Source: Planctomycetota bacterium (GTDB taxonomy: Bacteria; Planctomycetota; UBA8108; SXIK01). Taken from it: a DNA stretch of 64,000 bases. Position numbers and translations under genes: made by a program. Below are positions 1-10,447 of this stretch, one piece after another (the first letter of the stretch is position 1; every line of letters begins with the position of its first letter). The stretch is taken from assembly GCA_965223265.1 (NCBI GenBank), contig OZ244999.1, positions 4,672,001-4,736,000 on the forward strand, given 5' to 3'. Below the pieces are notes generated by a model that saw only the letters and a program-made list of their open reading frames with translations, was not told the DNA's origin and made no database searches.

Positions 1-2
1 TC

Positions 3-1646
3 GATCAATCAACCAAGACCGAAGACGACAAGGAAATCGGTTGGAAGATCGGCAGCACAACTCAAGGCGGCGTCTCGTTCGAAGTGTTCGATGGCAAGGG
101 CAACACCATCAAGGGGTTCCTGCCAGGTGAGGAGGCCCTGACGCCGCGTGCCTGGCAGCACGTGTGTGCTCGCTACTCAGGAGGGCAGTCAAACTCGTCG
201 ATCGAGATCCTCGTAAACGGTCGCAGTGGTACACTGCGAAACTCATCAGAGCGGCATATCGACGCGGTCCCGCTCGCCACAATCCCGCTGAAACTCGCTA
301 GCGACATGGAGACCGCTGGGCTCAGCGATGTACGCATCTTCCGGCGTTGGTTGAACGACGATGAGATCCGCCTTCTCGCTCAGGAACACGCGCTAAGATC
401 AACCGTGACTGCAGAAAGTCGCTGGGAAGACCTCTCTGGTGCGAAACAACAACTGGTCTCCTCGTTCTACAACCACACGTTGGACCCAAAGTACCAAGCG
501 CTGTGCTCAGAGATAGCGGCTGGTGAACGGCGCCGAGATTACATCTATGCGCGCTCGACGACGACTCTCGTCATGCAAGAAAACCCGGTCGCGCCACGCG
601 CGTTCGTACTAGAACGCGGCGAGTACGATAAGCGGCTCGAGGAAGTCGCAGCCGACGTCCCAAGCGTTCTGCCGCGACTGCCGGCTGGCGCCCCAAGGAA
701 TCGCCTTGGTCTGGCGCAGTGGCTCGTCGACCGCCGCAACCCTCTCACCGCACGAGTTACCATCAACCGTCTTTGGCAATCTCTGTTCGGAACCGGAATC
801 GTCAAGACCTCGGAAGATTTCGGCGTCATGGGCGCCCCACCGTCTCATCCAAACCTTCTCGACTGGTTGGCTGTCGAGTTGATCGAGTCCGGCTGGGACG
901 TCAACCACATGCTCCGCCTGATCGTCACGTCGGCGACCTATCGCCAGGACGGTTCGGTGACACAGAAAAAGTTCGAAGTAGATCCGAATAACCGCCTCCT
1001 GGCGCGCGGCCCGCGCCTACGCCTCGACGCGGAAGTGCTCCGCGACCAAGCACTCGCGGTCAGTGGTCTCCTCCGCCCCGACGTTGGCGGCCCAAGTGTA
1101 CGCCCATACCAACCGGCGGGACTCTGGAAGGTGGTAGCGATCACGGGAAGTAATACCGGACAGTTCAAACAAGACACCGGCAGCGCGCTGTACCGGCGCA
1201 GTCTTTACACATTTTGGAAGAGGACGTCGCCGCCGCCGTCGATGGCTGCGTTCAATGCGCCCACGCGCGAAAGCTGCACGGTACGCAGAGAGCGTACGAA
1301 CACACCGCTTCAGGCACTCGTGCTTATGAACGACCCGCAATTCGTCGAAGCGGCGCGCCATCTCGCCGAGCACACGCTGCGCAGCCACGACGACGATCGT
1401 GCACGGGCCGAGTGGATGTTGTGGAAAGTTCTTTCCCGTCCTCCGTCGGCCGCCGACCTGAAAGATGTGAGAGAGACCGCGGCCGAGTTTCGAAAAATCT
1501 TTGAGGCTGAACCGGCAGCGGCGGAAGAGCTCTTAGCCGCCGGCGAAAGCCAACACGACGCAGCACTGAACGCCGTTGAACTTGCGGCTTGGACCATTGC
1601 TGCCAACACACTGATGAATCGCGACGACTATATCAACAAGGAATGA
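3..1646 (+). CDS. PSD1/DUF1553 planctomycete cytochrome-c-associated protein with a LamG-like segment (5' truncated by window)
   Basis: Frame is open back to the window start. Motifs [76 protein letters not shown] are typical of DUF1553. Directly precedes a DUF1501 gene. Confidence 0.9.
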   Translation, partial: DQSTKTEDDKEIGWKIGSTTQGGVSFEVFDGKGNTIKGFLPGEEALTPRAWQHVCARYSGGQSNSSIEILVNGRSGTLRNSSERHIDAVPLATIPLKLASDMETAGLSDVRIFRRWLNDDEIRLLAQEHALRSTVTAESRWEDLSGAKQQLVSSFYNHTLDPKYQALCSEIAAGERRRDYIYARSTTTLVMQENPVAPRAFVLERGEYDKRLEEVAADVPSVLPRLPAGAPRNRLGLAQWLVDRRNPLTARVTINRLWQSLFGTGIVKTSEDFGVMGAPPSHPNLLDWLAVELIESGWDVNHMLRLIVTSATYRQDGSVTQKKFEVDPNNRLLARGPRLRLDAEVLRDQALAVSGLLRPDVGGPSVRPYQPAGLWKVVAITGSNTGQFKQDTGSALYRRSLYTFWKRTSPPPSMAAFNAPTRESCTVRRERTNTPLQALVLMNDPQFVEAARHLAEHTLRSHDDDRARAEWMLWKVLSRPPSAADLKDVRETAAEFRKIFEAEPAAAEELLAAGESQHDAALNAVELAAWTIAANTLMNRDDYINKE

Positions 1647-3115
1647 CTCACGCAGGTGAGTCTGTAGAAGCCATGAGCAAGCATCCGATCGACGAGTGGA
1701 TTCGACTGGAGACCCGACGACAATTCTTCGGCCGAAGCGCCAAAGGGTTAGGAGCTGCGGCATTCGCCTCGCTCCTCGGAAGCGAAACCGCTGCCGCCGA
1801 AGCCGGCGGCACGCTTGGCGATGGCCATTTCGCGGGCCGCGCAAAACGTGTCATCTGGCTCTTCATGGCCGGAGCACCGTCGCAGCTGGATACGTTCGAT
1901 TACAAACCAGAGATGGAGCGCTGGTTCAACAAGGATCTCCCCGAGTCGATTCGGCGCGGACAGAGGTTGACGACCATGACGGCGTCACAAGCTCGCTTCC
2001 CGATCGCTCCGACGATGTTCGAATTCCCTCGCCATGGGAAGTGCGGCAAGCGAGTGAGTGAACTTCTGCCGATGACCGGGTCGATGGCTGATGAACTCGC
2101 GTTCGTCCATTCCGTGTGGACCGAAGCGATCAATCATGATCCAGCCATCACTTACATTCAGACAGGCAACCAGATCCCCGGACGTCCGAGCCTCGGCGCG
2201 TGGCTCAGTTACGGCCTCGGTTCGCTCAACAGCAACTTGCCGGAGTTTGTCGTTCTCAACTGCGCGCCTCGCGGCCAGGCCCTTTATTCGCGGCTTTGGG
2301 GCAGCGGTTTCTTGCCGTCGAAACACGCCGGCGTCGCGTTTCGTTCGCAAGGCGATCCGGTCCTCTATCTCTCGAACCCTGGCGGCATCAGCCACGATGC
2401 ACGTCGCCGCATGCTCGATCGACTGCAAACGATGAATCGTCGAGTTTTCGACGAAGTCGGCGACCCAGAGACGCAGGCCCGCATAGCACAGTACGAGATG
2501 GCGTTTCGCATGCAATCGTCCGTCCCTGAGTTGGTCGACTTCACCGGGGAACCACAGCACGTGATCGACCTCTACGGCGAGGATGTGAAAAAGCCCGGGA
2601 CCTTCGCCGCAAACTGTCTTCTGGCGCGGCGCATGGCGGAACGGGATGTACGCTTCGTCCAAATCTTTCACCGCGGCTGGGACCACCATGGCGACCTGCC
2701 GCGAAACATCCGACGGCAAACGAGCGAGATCGATCGACCGGCGTGGGCTCTCGTTCAAGACCTCAAACAGCGCGGCCTGCTCGACGAGACACTCGTCATC
2801 TGGGGCGGTGAGTTTGGCCGAACGATTTACTGCCAGGGCACGCTCAAGCGATCGAATTATGGGCGCGATCATCACCCGAAGTGCTACTCGATGTGGATGG
2901 CAGGTGGCGGGGTCAAGGGTGGCGTCACACACGGCGAGACGGATGCGTTCGGCTACAACATCGCACGAGACCCGGTACACATCCGCGACATCAATGCCAC
3001 CATTCTCCATCTCATGGGCATCGACCACGAACTCTTTACGGTAAAACATCGTGGGCTCGACGAACGCTTGACCGGTGTACAGCCGGCGCGCGTCGTCCGC
3101 GAGATTCTCGTGTAG
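1643..3115 (+). CDS. DUF1501 domain protein (Tat-like N-terminus)
   Basis: TRRQFF twin-Arg-like leader, [54 protein letters not shown] overlap with the upstream stop; alternative start at 1673. Confidence 0.9.
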   Translation: MTHAGESVEAMSKHPIDEWIRLETRRQFFGRSAKGLGAAAFASLLGSETAAAEAGGTLGDGHFAGRAKRVIWLFMAGAPSQLDTFDYKPEMERWFNKDLPESIRRGQRLTTMTASQARFPIAPTMFEFPRHGKCGKRVSELLPMTGSMADELAFVHSVWTEAINHDPAITYIQTGNQIPGRPSLGAWLSYGLGSLNSNLPEFVVLNCAPRGQALYSRLWGSGFLPSKHAGVAFRSQGDPVLYLSNPGGISHDARRRMLDRLQTMNRRVFDEVGDPETQARIAQYEMAFRMQSSVPELVDFTGEPQHVIDLYGEDVKKPGTFAANCLLARRMAERDVRFVQIFHRGWDHHGDLPRNIRRQTSEIDRPAWALVQDLKQRGLLDETLVIWGGEFGRTIYCQGTLKRSNYGRDHHPKCYSMWMAGGGVKGGVTHGETDAFGYNIARDPVHIRDINATILHLMGIDHELFTVKHRGLDERLTGVQPARVVREILV

Positions 3116-3367
3116 TCGATAATGCTGGCCCATGGTCGCGCGAGTCGACGGCGCCGAGGCGAAAGCGTGCTAGTCAAATCGTTGCGTTGGAGCATCTTGC
3201 AACGAGCAGGAGAAGCCGCATACGTAGTCGATTTGTCGGCACTCAAGTAGTCGGGTAGTCTTGCGAAGGAGGAGTGCTCTTTTCGAGCACGCCAGCACGG
3301 CTCCGACGCACAAGCCTCGGCGAGTCCTTCAGAGCCGGCGACACCTCGACGCTATCGTGAGGCTCCA

Positions 3368-3949
3368 GTGTTCACGTCACTGCCACGCAAAAACACGGAA
3401 TGTCGGTCGGGTTTCACACTCCCGGAGCTCACCATTTACATGGTACTCAGCGTTGTGGTGGGTGCCGCCTTCGTTTCTGTTGTGTCGACTTCGATCACTA
3501 GCGCGAACGAGAACCTCGCGTTTCACACGACGACGGAGCGCAGCAGGGCCATACTCTGGCGCGTGGAGACCGCCCTACGCAACAGCATGGCAGGCACGGC
3601 CGCATTGAGCGGCGAGGGCAAGATTCTCTCGGTGAGCACCACGAGCGGCTTCGATGCGGATGGCGTCGTCGCCGGCCCGGCGCTTGAGCTGGAGTTTCGC
3701 TGCTCGGGAGGCGAGACCCTGAATGGCGACGACGACAACAGCAATGGGCTCATCGACGATGGCGAACTCGTCTTTCGCGACACGGCAACCAACTCTGAGG
3801 TGATCATCGGCGGCAACGTTGATGTCGCCGGCTCTCAATTCCAGTTGGTGGGCACGACGATCCGTGTGAGGCTGTCTACCTTCGCAAACGCCGGACAAAC
3901 CGGTCCCTTAGCTTCGCGTCGAGAAATCAACGTCCAACCGCGCAACTGA
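3368..3949 (+). CDS. prepilin-type N-terminal cleavage protein (PilW/GspJ-like pseudopilin)
   Basis: RSG|FTLPELTIYMVLSVVV: class III signal with Glu at +5 and a hydrophobic helix. Confidence 0.75.
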   Translation: MFTSLPRKNTECRSGFTLPELTIYMVLSVVVGAAFVSVVSTSITSANENLAFHTTTERSRAILWRVETALRNSMAGTAALSGEGKILSVSTTSGFDADGVVAGPALELEFRCSGGETLNGDDDNSNGLIDDGELVFRDTATNSEVIIGGNVDVAGSQFQLVGTTIRVRLSTFANAGQTGPLASRREINVQPRN

Positions 3950-3954
3950 CCGCC

Positions 3955-5169
3955 ATGGCTAAGACTCAGTCGAAACACTTCTGCGCTCGGAGAGAGTCCC
4001 CACGAAACGACAGCGGCAACGCAATTCTGCTGTCACTTGTCGCGGCAACGCTAACGTCGGCAATCGCTCTGGCGCAGTTCGGCATCTATCAAGCCAACCT
4101 GGGTGCCGCCGTCGACTACATGACCCGTTCCGACCTTCAGAACTACGCTGAATCCGTCGTCGATCTCGCTGTCTATGACGTCAAGCTCAACGTTTCTGGT
4201 GACGAAGGGGACATGGGTACCGTCGGCTGGACGGCCGCGGATGACGTCGGCGCTGATGGTACTCCGGCGACCGGAGATCTCGGCGAAGGGGACGGAATCC
4301 CGACAGCCGGTGAACCGAACACCGCGCCGATCGCGATCGGTCCGCCGAGCCTCGGTGCAGCGTTCCTCTCCTACGTTGAAGACACCGCGTTTCCGAACGT
4401 GCTGAGAGTCGTTGTGACCGTGTCGAACCCGCGCGCGTCGGCAACAGTCATCACCTCGCTGCAGCGACAGGTTGTTCAAATCCCGCAAACGGGAGCCATC
4501 TACATTACGCCGAATACGGCGCTCGACCTCAAGGGCAGTAGCTTTGCGGTCAACGGCAACGACACCAATCCGGATGGCTCAGCAGGGCCAGCAGCTTCGC
4601 TGCCCGGGATCACGACGTCGACCACGGGGACCGTCGGGGATGCGACCGCGACCCTGACAAATCAGATCGACTCCGGGCACCACCACCAAATCGATGGTCT
4701 TGGCGGTTCCCCATCGATCGACGAGACAACGGACGTCGACGCGGATGACCTCTTTGGCCAGCTGGATGCTCTCGTGAACAATCCGATTCCACCCGGCAAT
4801 CAAGGCGGCGCCGATCTCGGCGACTACGACGCCAATCGCCTCCTGATCACAAAGGTCGACGGCGACCTGTCCCTCAGCGGGAGCGGTTCAGGTGCTGGCG
4901 TCCTTCTCGTCGACGGCGACTTGAAGATTTCCGGCGAGTACACATTCTATGGCCTCGTCATCGTCACTGGGGACTTTGACGCCACCGGCGGCGGAGAGGG
5001 TGTTCACGTTTTCGGTTCGACGATCGTGGGGTCGTCGTCGTCGAGCAGCACGGTGACGATCGCCGGAGATGTGAATCTCGTCTACAGTTCGACAGTGATG
5101 GCGCAGGTGGAGTCTATGCTTCTCAACAACAACGCCAAGTACGAGACGGTCTACTACGAGAGCCGCTAA
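3955..5169 (+). CDS. PilX/GspK-like minor pilin with Gly-rich beta-solenoid-like C-terminus
   Basis: SG|NAILLSLVAATL (no Glu5, as in PilX/GspK). C-terminal GSGAGVLLVDGDLKISG..TFYGLVIVTGD repeats. Confidence 0.65.
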   Translation: MAKTQSKHFCARRESPRNDSGNAILLSLVAATLTSAIALAQFGIYQANLGAAVDYMTRSDLQNYAESVVDLAVYDVKLNVSGDEGDMGTVGWTAADDVGADGTPATGDLGEGDGIPTAGEPNTAPIAIGPPSLGAAFLSYVEDTAFPNVLRVVVTVSNPRASATVITSLQRQVVQIPQTGAIYITPNTALDLKGSSFAVNGNDTNPDGSAGPAASLPGITTSTTGTVGDATATLTNQIDSGHHHQIDGLGGSPSIDETTDVDADDLFGQLDALVNNPIPPGNQGGADLGDYDANRLLITKVDGDLSLSGSGSGAGVLLVDGDLKISGEYTFYGLVIVTGDFDATGGGEGVHVFGSTIVGSSSSSSTVTIAGDVNLVYSSTVMAQVESMLLNNNAKYETVYYESR

Positions 5170-5991
5170 ATGTTGCAGACGATCGCGATGACTCACAGGA
5201 AGCATGACGTCCGGCGTTGCGAACGAGACCCTCGCGCGGGGATGCTTCTCGTCGACATCGTCATCGCAGCGACCATCTTCACGATCGGCGTTCTCGGCCT
5301 CGTTGGCTCGTTCACCGCCAACACGCGTGCCAGCCGCGGCCTCGTGCAAGTCGATGACGGCAGATTCGCAATGCAGAACGCAGTCGAATTCCTGCGCAGC
5401 GCGCCGTTCTCGGACATCTATCAGAACTACGAGGGCGCCAGTCTCAGCATCGCGTCGTTCAAAGGGGCCGATGGCCTACCCGCAGACGTTGACATCACGT
5501 GTTACGTCGATGAGACGGCCCTGCCTGCCGAATTCGGCCCGGTCTTGGACCTGGACGGCGACGGCGCGCTGCTCACCACCGACGTCAGTACGTCCTACCA
5601 ACTCCTACCCGTCCGCTTGACGCTCGGCTACGAATCAGAAGAAGGAAAGGTGACGCGCGAACTCTTCGTGCTGATCGAGGGAGTCGACGACGAAGAGGAG
5701 GACAACCCCGATCTGGACGCGCTGATCGCCTACTTCCAGGACCTCGTGGACAACGGCGACAAGGAGGTCGCCAATCGAGCGGCTGGCGTGGTCTCAAAAC
5801 TCGAAGCGGCGCGGGACGAACTGAACGAGTCGCCTCCCGACCACGATGCAGCGGCAAGCAAGCTGCAGGACGCGATCACCGAGATCGAGCGCATGATGAG
5901 CGAGAAGCTGCTCGACTCGACCGAAGGCCTGAAGATGATCAGTGCGATCAAGTCGATCATCACCTCTTTCGGTGTAGCGGAGAATGCTTAG
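5170..5991 (+). CDS. PilV-like pseudopilin with extra C-terminal helical domain
   Basis: RAG|MLLVDIVIAATIFTIGVLGL prepilin-like leader (Asp at +5). Abuts the upstream stop codon. Confidence 0.65.
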   Translation: MLQTIAMTHRKHDVRRCERDPRAGMLLVDIVIAATIFTIGVLGLVGSFTANTRASRGLVQVDDGRFAMQNAVEFLRSAPFSDIYQNYEGASLSIASFKGADGLPADVDITCYVDETALPAEFGPVLDLDGDGALLTTDVSTSYQLLPVRLTLGYESEEGKVTRELFVLIEGVDDEEEDNPDLDALIAYFQDLVDNGDKEVANRAAGVVSKLEAARDELNESPPDHDAAASKLQDAITEIERMMSEKLLDSTEGLKMISAIKSIITSFGVAENA

Positions 5992-6234
5992 CTTATAGCT
6001 TAGCCTCGAGTTCCCCTACGCCTCACGCAGCGCGCACGTCTCGAAAGAGCTCCGCGTAGGCGAGGCTTCTTTAACTGAGCTGGAGGTAGCGCCGCGAAGG
6101 GCAAGCGCCACGGCTGCGACGCGGCTAGCCTCCGCAATGCGTGCGCTCGTGACCACAGCACCGTAGAAAGACGCGAGAGACACGGGTTAGAATTCGCCTG
6201 AATCTTCGTCTTCTCTTCGTCGGTCGCCGCGCAC

Positions 6235-7809
6235 ATGCTTCACAACCTCCACTGGCTTGATTTTCTCGTTCTCGGAATCGGCCTCGCAGCCGTTGTCGCG
6301 ATCGGCGCGCGGGCGGCTCGTCGTAGTCGCTCCGCGGAAGCGTATTTCCTCGCGGGTCGTTCACTGCCAGGCTGGCTCGTCGGTTTCTCGGTGATGGCGA
6401 CGGTCATCAGTTCGATGACGTTTCTCGCCAATCCCGCGTTCACCTACGAGCACGATTGGCGCCACATGCCGGCGAACTGCACTTACCTGTTGGCGACGGT
6501 GCTGGCTCTCGTGCTGTTCATCCCGTTTTACCGGCGCCTGCGCGTAAGCTCGATTTACGAGTACCTCGAGTGGCGTTTCGGCGCCTGGGCAAGGATTTAC
6601 GCGGCTAGTTGCTACGTGCTGCTGAAGGTCGCCAAGATGGGGATCGTCCTCTACATGACGTCGCTGGCGCTGCAGACGATCCTCGGGCTCGATTGGCCGC
6701 TCGAGAACGTCATGCTGCTCTTTGGGACCGTCGTCGCCATCTATACCATCGCGGGAGGGCTCGAGGCAGTGGTGTGGACCGATCTCCTTCAAGGCTTAGC
6801 GCTGATCGTCGGCGGCATCATCTGCCTACCGATCATCGCGGGTCAACTACCGGGAGGCTTCGGCGAGATCATCGAAACGGCGAGCCGCGATGGAAAATTC
6901 GGTGTTGGCGACACTGATCTTTCGCTGGTCAGAATCACGCTGTGGGCGACCGTCTTCGCCAAGTGCATGACGTTTTGCCAAATCCTCGGAACCGATCAGA
7001 CCGCCGGTCAACGCTACGCGGCGACCAAGAGCGAAAAGGAAGCGCAAAAAGCACTGATCGTCGGGGCGCTGCTCACGATTCCAGTTTGGGCCTACTTCTT
7101 TCTCGTCGGAACGAGTCTGTACGTGCTCTACCAAGTCCATCCTGATCCAGCAGTCCAGAACATGACACCGGATCAGGTTTTCCCCCACTTCATCATGACG
7201 CAGGTGCCCGCCGGCTTCGCTGGCTTTGTGATCTTCGGCATCCTCGGGGCAGCGATGTCAACGCTTGACTCCATCATCAACGCGGCGGCTGCGACGGCGA
7301 CAACCGACTTCTACGCTCGACTGTGGGTCAAGGGTCGCGACCCGAAACACTACGTGCTCGTCGGACGCCTGTTCAGCCTCGTCTTCAGCCTCGTCATGAT
7401 TGGCTCTGCGTTAGCCATTCATCACTCACGACAAGCCGACGCCATCGAAGACTTCCAGACGATGCTTCTCTCAATCTTCGGCGGCGGACTCCTCGGGCTA
7501 TTTCTCCTCGGATTCTTGACCCTCCGTGTCGACGGCCGTGCCGCTTTGGTCGCGACGATTGCGACGGTGATCGGAGTGGCGTCGTGGCTCTTCCTGGACA
7601 GCAGCGCCGGAAAAGAAATGTTTCCACAGCTCGCACAAAGCGTACCGCACAAGCTATGGGTCAGCGTCTTCGCGAACGCTGCTCTCTTTTCGATCGGTTA
7701 CGTCGTCAGTTACCTGATCAAACGAAGCACAAGCGATTTCACTGGCTTGACCGTGTGGAGTCGACCGGGAAGGAGCGAGGAGTCGTCGACGTCGACTGGG
7801 AGCAACTGA
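6235..7809 (+). CDS. sodium:solute symporter (SSS family)
   Basis: YFLAGRSLPGW, SIYEYLEWRFG, YTIAGGLEAVVWTD, GTDQ..QRY, AAMSTLDS and many transmembrane segments. Confidence 0.93.
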   Translation: MLHNLHWLDFLVLGIGLAAVVAIGARAARRSRSAEAYFLAGRSLPGWLVGFSVMATVISSMTFLANPAFTYEHDWRHMPANCTYLLATVLALVLFIPFYRRLRVSSIYEYLEWRFGAWARIYAASCYVLLKVAKMGIVLYMTSLALQTILGLDWPLENVMLLFGTVVAIYTIAGGLEAVVWTDLLQGLALIVGGIICLPIIAGQLPGGFGEIIETASRDGKFGVGDTDLSLVRITLWATVFAKCMTFCQILGTDQTAGQRYAATKSEKEAQKALIVGALLTIPVWAYFFLVGTSLYVLYQVHPDPAVQNMTPDQVFPHFIMTQVPAGFAGFVIFGILGAAMSTLDSIINAAAATATTDFYARLWVKGRDPKHYVLVGRLFSLVFSLVMIGSALAIHHSRQADAIEDFQTMLLSIFGGGLLGLFLLGFLTLRVDGRAALVATIATVIGVASWLFLDSSAGKEMFPQLAQSVPHKLWVSVFANAALFSIGYVVSYLIKRSTSDFTGLTVWSRPGRSEESSTSTGSN

Positions 7810-7834
7810 ACTGGTTGAGTGTCGGACCAAACGG

Positions 7835-8536
7835 ATGCAAAGGACGAACAGATTCGGCCAACCGATCGGGCCACAGCTACCAGACTGGCGGCCGGCGAGA
7901 GTGCCACCGCGCGAGCCTTTAGAAGGAGAGTATTGCCGGCTCGAGCCAATCGATGCGGCCCACCACGGAAAGAGTCTCTACGAAGCGAGCGCTGCCGAGG
8001 CAGACAGTAGCAGCTGGACCTACATGGCCTACGGCCCATTTGCATCGTGCGCCGAATATGTGGCATGGCTGGAGCCGATCTGCACGTCGGCCGACTCGCT
8101 CTTCTTCGCTGTTGTCGACAAGGCGACGCGGCACGCCGCGGGTGTGGCAAGCTACCTGCGCATTGCACCGACCGCAGGCTCGATCGAGGTCGGCCACATC
8201 TACTATGCGCCAATGCTACGAAGGAGTCGAGCCGCGACCGAGGCGATGGCTCTCATGATGCAAAACGCTTTCAAGCTCGGATATCGCCGCTACGAATGGA
8301 AGTGCGACGCGCTCAACGAGCGGTCTCGGTCGGCTGCGGAAAGACTAGGGTTTGTCTTCGAGGGTGTGTTTCGCCAAGCGACGGTTTACAAGGGACGGAG
8401 CCGAGACACAGCGTGGTACTCGGTGACCGACCAAGAGTGGCCACGGCTGCAAGCGGCGCTTGAAGCGTGGCTGTCGCCGAACAACTTCGACGAGCATGGG
8501 CGACAAAGGCGCAGCCTGAGTGAGTTTCGAGAGTAA
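7835..8536 (+). CDS. GNAT family (RimJ/RimL-type) N-acetyltransferase
   Basis: GSIEVGHI, LGYRRYEWKCDALN..SR.AAERLGF.FEGVFRQ..VYKGRSRDTAWYS. Confidence 0.92.
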   Translation: MQRTNRFGQPIGPQLPDWRPARVPPREPLEGEYCRLEPIDAAHHGKSLYEASAAEADSSSWTYMAYGPFASCAEYVAWLEPICTSADSLFFAVVDKATRHAAGVASYLRIAPTAGSIEVGHIYYAPMLRRSRAATEAMALMMQNAFKLGYRRYEWKCDALNERSRSAAERLGFVFEGVFRQATVYKGRSRDTAWYSVTDQEWPRLQAALEAWLSPNNFDEHGRQRRSLSEFRE

Positions 8537-8563
8537 GACGAAGACAAAAGGGATCAAACGGCG

Positions 8564-9694
8564 ATGCGCACGACACTCACGGCAGGTCTCACGGCGTTAT
8601 TTCTCGTCACTTTGGCGTACAGCGAAGAGAGCGGACACAGCGACATGCATGTCTACGTCGGAACGTACACGAATCGGGAAGCGACAGGGATCTATCTCTT
8701 TCGCATGGATGGGTCGACTGGACGCCTTACCGAAGAGGGCCTCGCCGTGGAGTCGAATAGCCCTTCATTCCTCGCCCTGCATCCGAACGGTCGCTTCATG
8801 TATGCGGTCAACGAGCAGGACGCTGCAGTCAGCTCGTTTGCGATCGATCGTGCGACCGGAAAACTGACTTTCGTCAACCAGCACCCATCACGCGGTGCGA
8901 CGCCATGTCATCTCACGGTTGATCCAAGCGGCCAGTGCGTGCTCGTAGCAAACTACACCGGCGGCAGCGCTGCAGTCCTACCGATCGACCTCGACGGGAG
9001 TTTGAAGCCGGCGACCGGTTACGTCAAGCACGAAGGAAAACCGGTCGACAAAGCCGGCCCACATGCGCATTCGATCAACGTCGATCCAGCGAATCGATTC
9101 GCTTTCGTCCCAGACGTCGGGCTCGACGAGATCTTCGTCTACCGTTTCGACCCAAAGACAGGCGCGCTGAAGCCCAACGATCCTCGCGGTGTCGCCACGC
9201 CGAAGGTCGCAGGGCCGCGCCACTTCGCGTTCGGCAGGGACGGTAAATATGCCTACGTGATCAACGAAACAAACAACACAGTGATCGTGTATTCGTACGA
9301 CGCCGCGCGCGGCGTTCTCGCTCCGCTGCAAACGATCTCCACGATTCCAGACGACTTCGAAGGGGAGACGTGGACGTCCGAGATTCAGGTTCACCCGTCC
9401 GGGCAGTTTCTCTACGGCTCTAACAGAGGACACGACAGCATCGTCGTCTATTCCATCCATCCGGCAGATGGTCGCCTCGAACTCGTGGAGTACCAATCGA
9501 CGCAGGGCAAGATGCCGCGCGGCTTCGGGATCGATCCATCGGGTCGTTTCTTCTTCGCGGCAAACCAAGAGAGCGACACGATCGTCACGTTTCGCATCGA
9601 CGTCAAATCGGGCGCCCTCACACCGACAGGCGACGTCGCCAAGGTCTCCATGCCAGTGTGCGTCAAATTCTTGCCTGCACAGGCAGCACAGTGA
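8564..9694 (+). CDS. pgl: 6-phosphogluconolactonase-like 7-bladed beta-propeller lactonase with signal peptide
   Basis: VYVGTYT, SPSFLALHP, VANYTGG, GPHAH, GPRHFAF, LYGSNRGHDSI, PRGFGIDPSG, ANQESD. Hydrophobic N-terminus. Confidence 0.85.
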   Translation: MRTTLTAGLTALFLVTLAYSEESGHSDMHVYVGTYTNREATGIYLFRMDGSTGRLTEEGLAVESNSPSFLALHPNGRFMYAVNEQDAAVSSFAIDRATGKLTFVNQHPSRGATPCHLTVDPSGQCVLVANYTGGSAAVLPIDLDGSLKPATGYVKHEGKPVDKAGPHAHSINVDPANRFAFVPDVGLDEIFVYRFDPKTGALKPNDPRGVATPKVAGPRHFAFGRDGKYAYVINETNNTVIVYSYDAARGVLAPLQTISTIPDDFEGETWTSEIQVHPSGQFLYGSNRGHDSIVVYSIHPADGRLELVEYQSTQGKMPRGFGIDPSGRFFFAANQESDTIVTFRIDVKSGALTPTGDVAKVSMPVCVKFLPAQAAQ

Positions 9695-9733
9695 GTGACT
9701 ACGACAGAGGACTACGACAGAGGACGCAGTGAA

Positions 9734-10432
9734 ATGGTGCGCATGATTCTTTGCCTCATGATCGCCGGCAGCATGTCTTGCAGCAGTTCGTCGACTGTAC
9801 GCAGCGGCTCTTCTGAGATTCTGCCAGCGGCGTTCATCGGTGACGATGCCAATTTTTCCGGAGATAGGGCCGATGGCAAGAGAACGGCAGCGGAACGCAG
9901 CGAGGAGCGAGGTGACCCGCGAGTGCTGATCGGGTACTTCTCACTGAGCGGCAACACCGAAAAGATGGCGACCGCAGTCGCCGAGGGAGTTCGACGCATC
10001 GACGGCGTGACGGTTCTGAGCAAGCCGGTCGGCGAAGTCACTCTGGAAGAGCTGAGTGCAGCGGACGGTCTGATCCTCGGTTCGCCGACACACTTCGCCA
10101 ACATCCCTGGGGAAATGAAGACGACGATCGACAATTGGGTGTGGAAGTCACGCGCGAACTTCACTGACAAGGTCGGCGGCGCGTTTGCCACTGGCGGCAA
10201 CATGACAGGCGGCAAAGAGCATGTGGTGGTCTCGCTTCTCCTCTACATGCTGAACAACCGCATGATGATCGTCGGGCCGATCTACAAACCCGGCCCGAGC
10301 GGCTATGGCGAAATCGGCGCCTCTGCGACAACGGGTGCCGACGATCGTGGAGTCAGCGAAGTCGAGCTGGAAGAAGCCCGAAAGCTGGGCGAGCGCGTCG
10401 CCGCAGTCGTTCGCCGGCTCGCGAAACAGTGA
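9734..10432 (+). CDS. WrbA-like multimeric flavodoxin with lipoprotein-like N-terminus
   Basis: YFSLSGNTEKMA FMN loop, ADGLILGSPTHF, KVGGAFATGG..GGKE, ARKLGERVA. N-terminal ILCLMIAGSMSC. Confidence 0.85.
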   Translation: MVRMILCLMIAGSMSCSSSSTVRSGSSEILPAAFIGDDANFSGDRADGKRTAAERSEERGDPRVLIGYFSLSGNTEKMATAVAEGVRRIDGVTVLSKPVGEVTLEELSAADGLILGSPTHFANIPGEMKTTIDNWVWKSRANFTDKVGGAFATGGNMTGGKEHVVVSLLLYMLNNRMMIVGPIYKPGPSGYGEIGASATTGADDRGVSEVELEEARKLGERVAAVVRRLAKQ

Positions 10433-10447
10433 CTTGCTCCCTCAGGT

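Noticed and set aside
9692-9733. TGA of the lactonase gene is followed in frame by the flavodoxin ORF (possible second Sec readthrough)
   Set aside because: The lactonase is complete at the stop and no SECIS-like hairpin follows (only a GACTACGACAGAG tandem repeat). The downstream gene has its own start and signal peptide.
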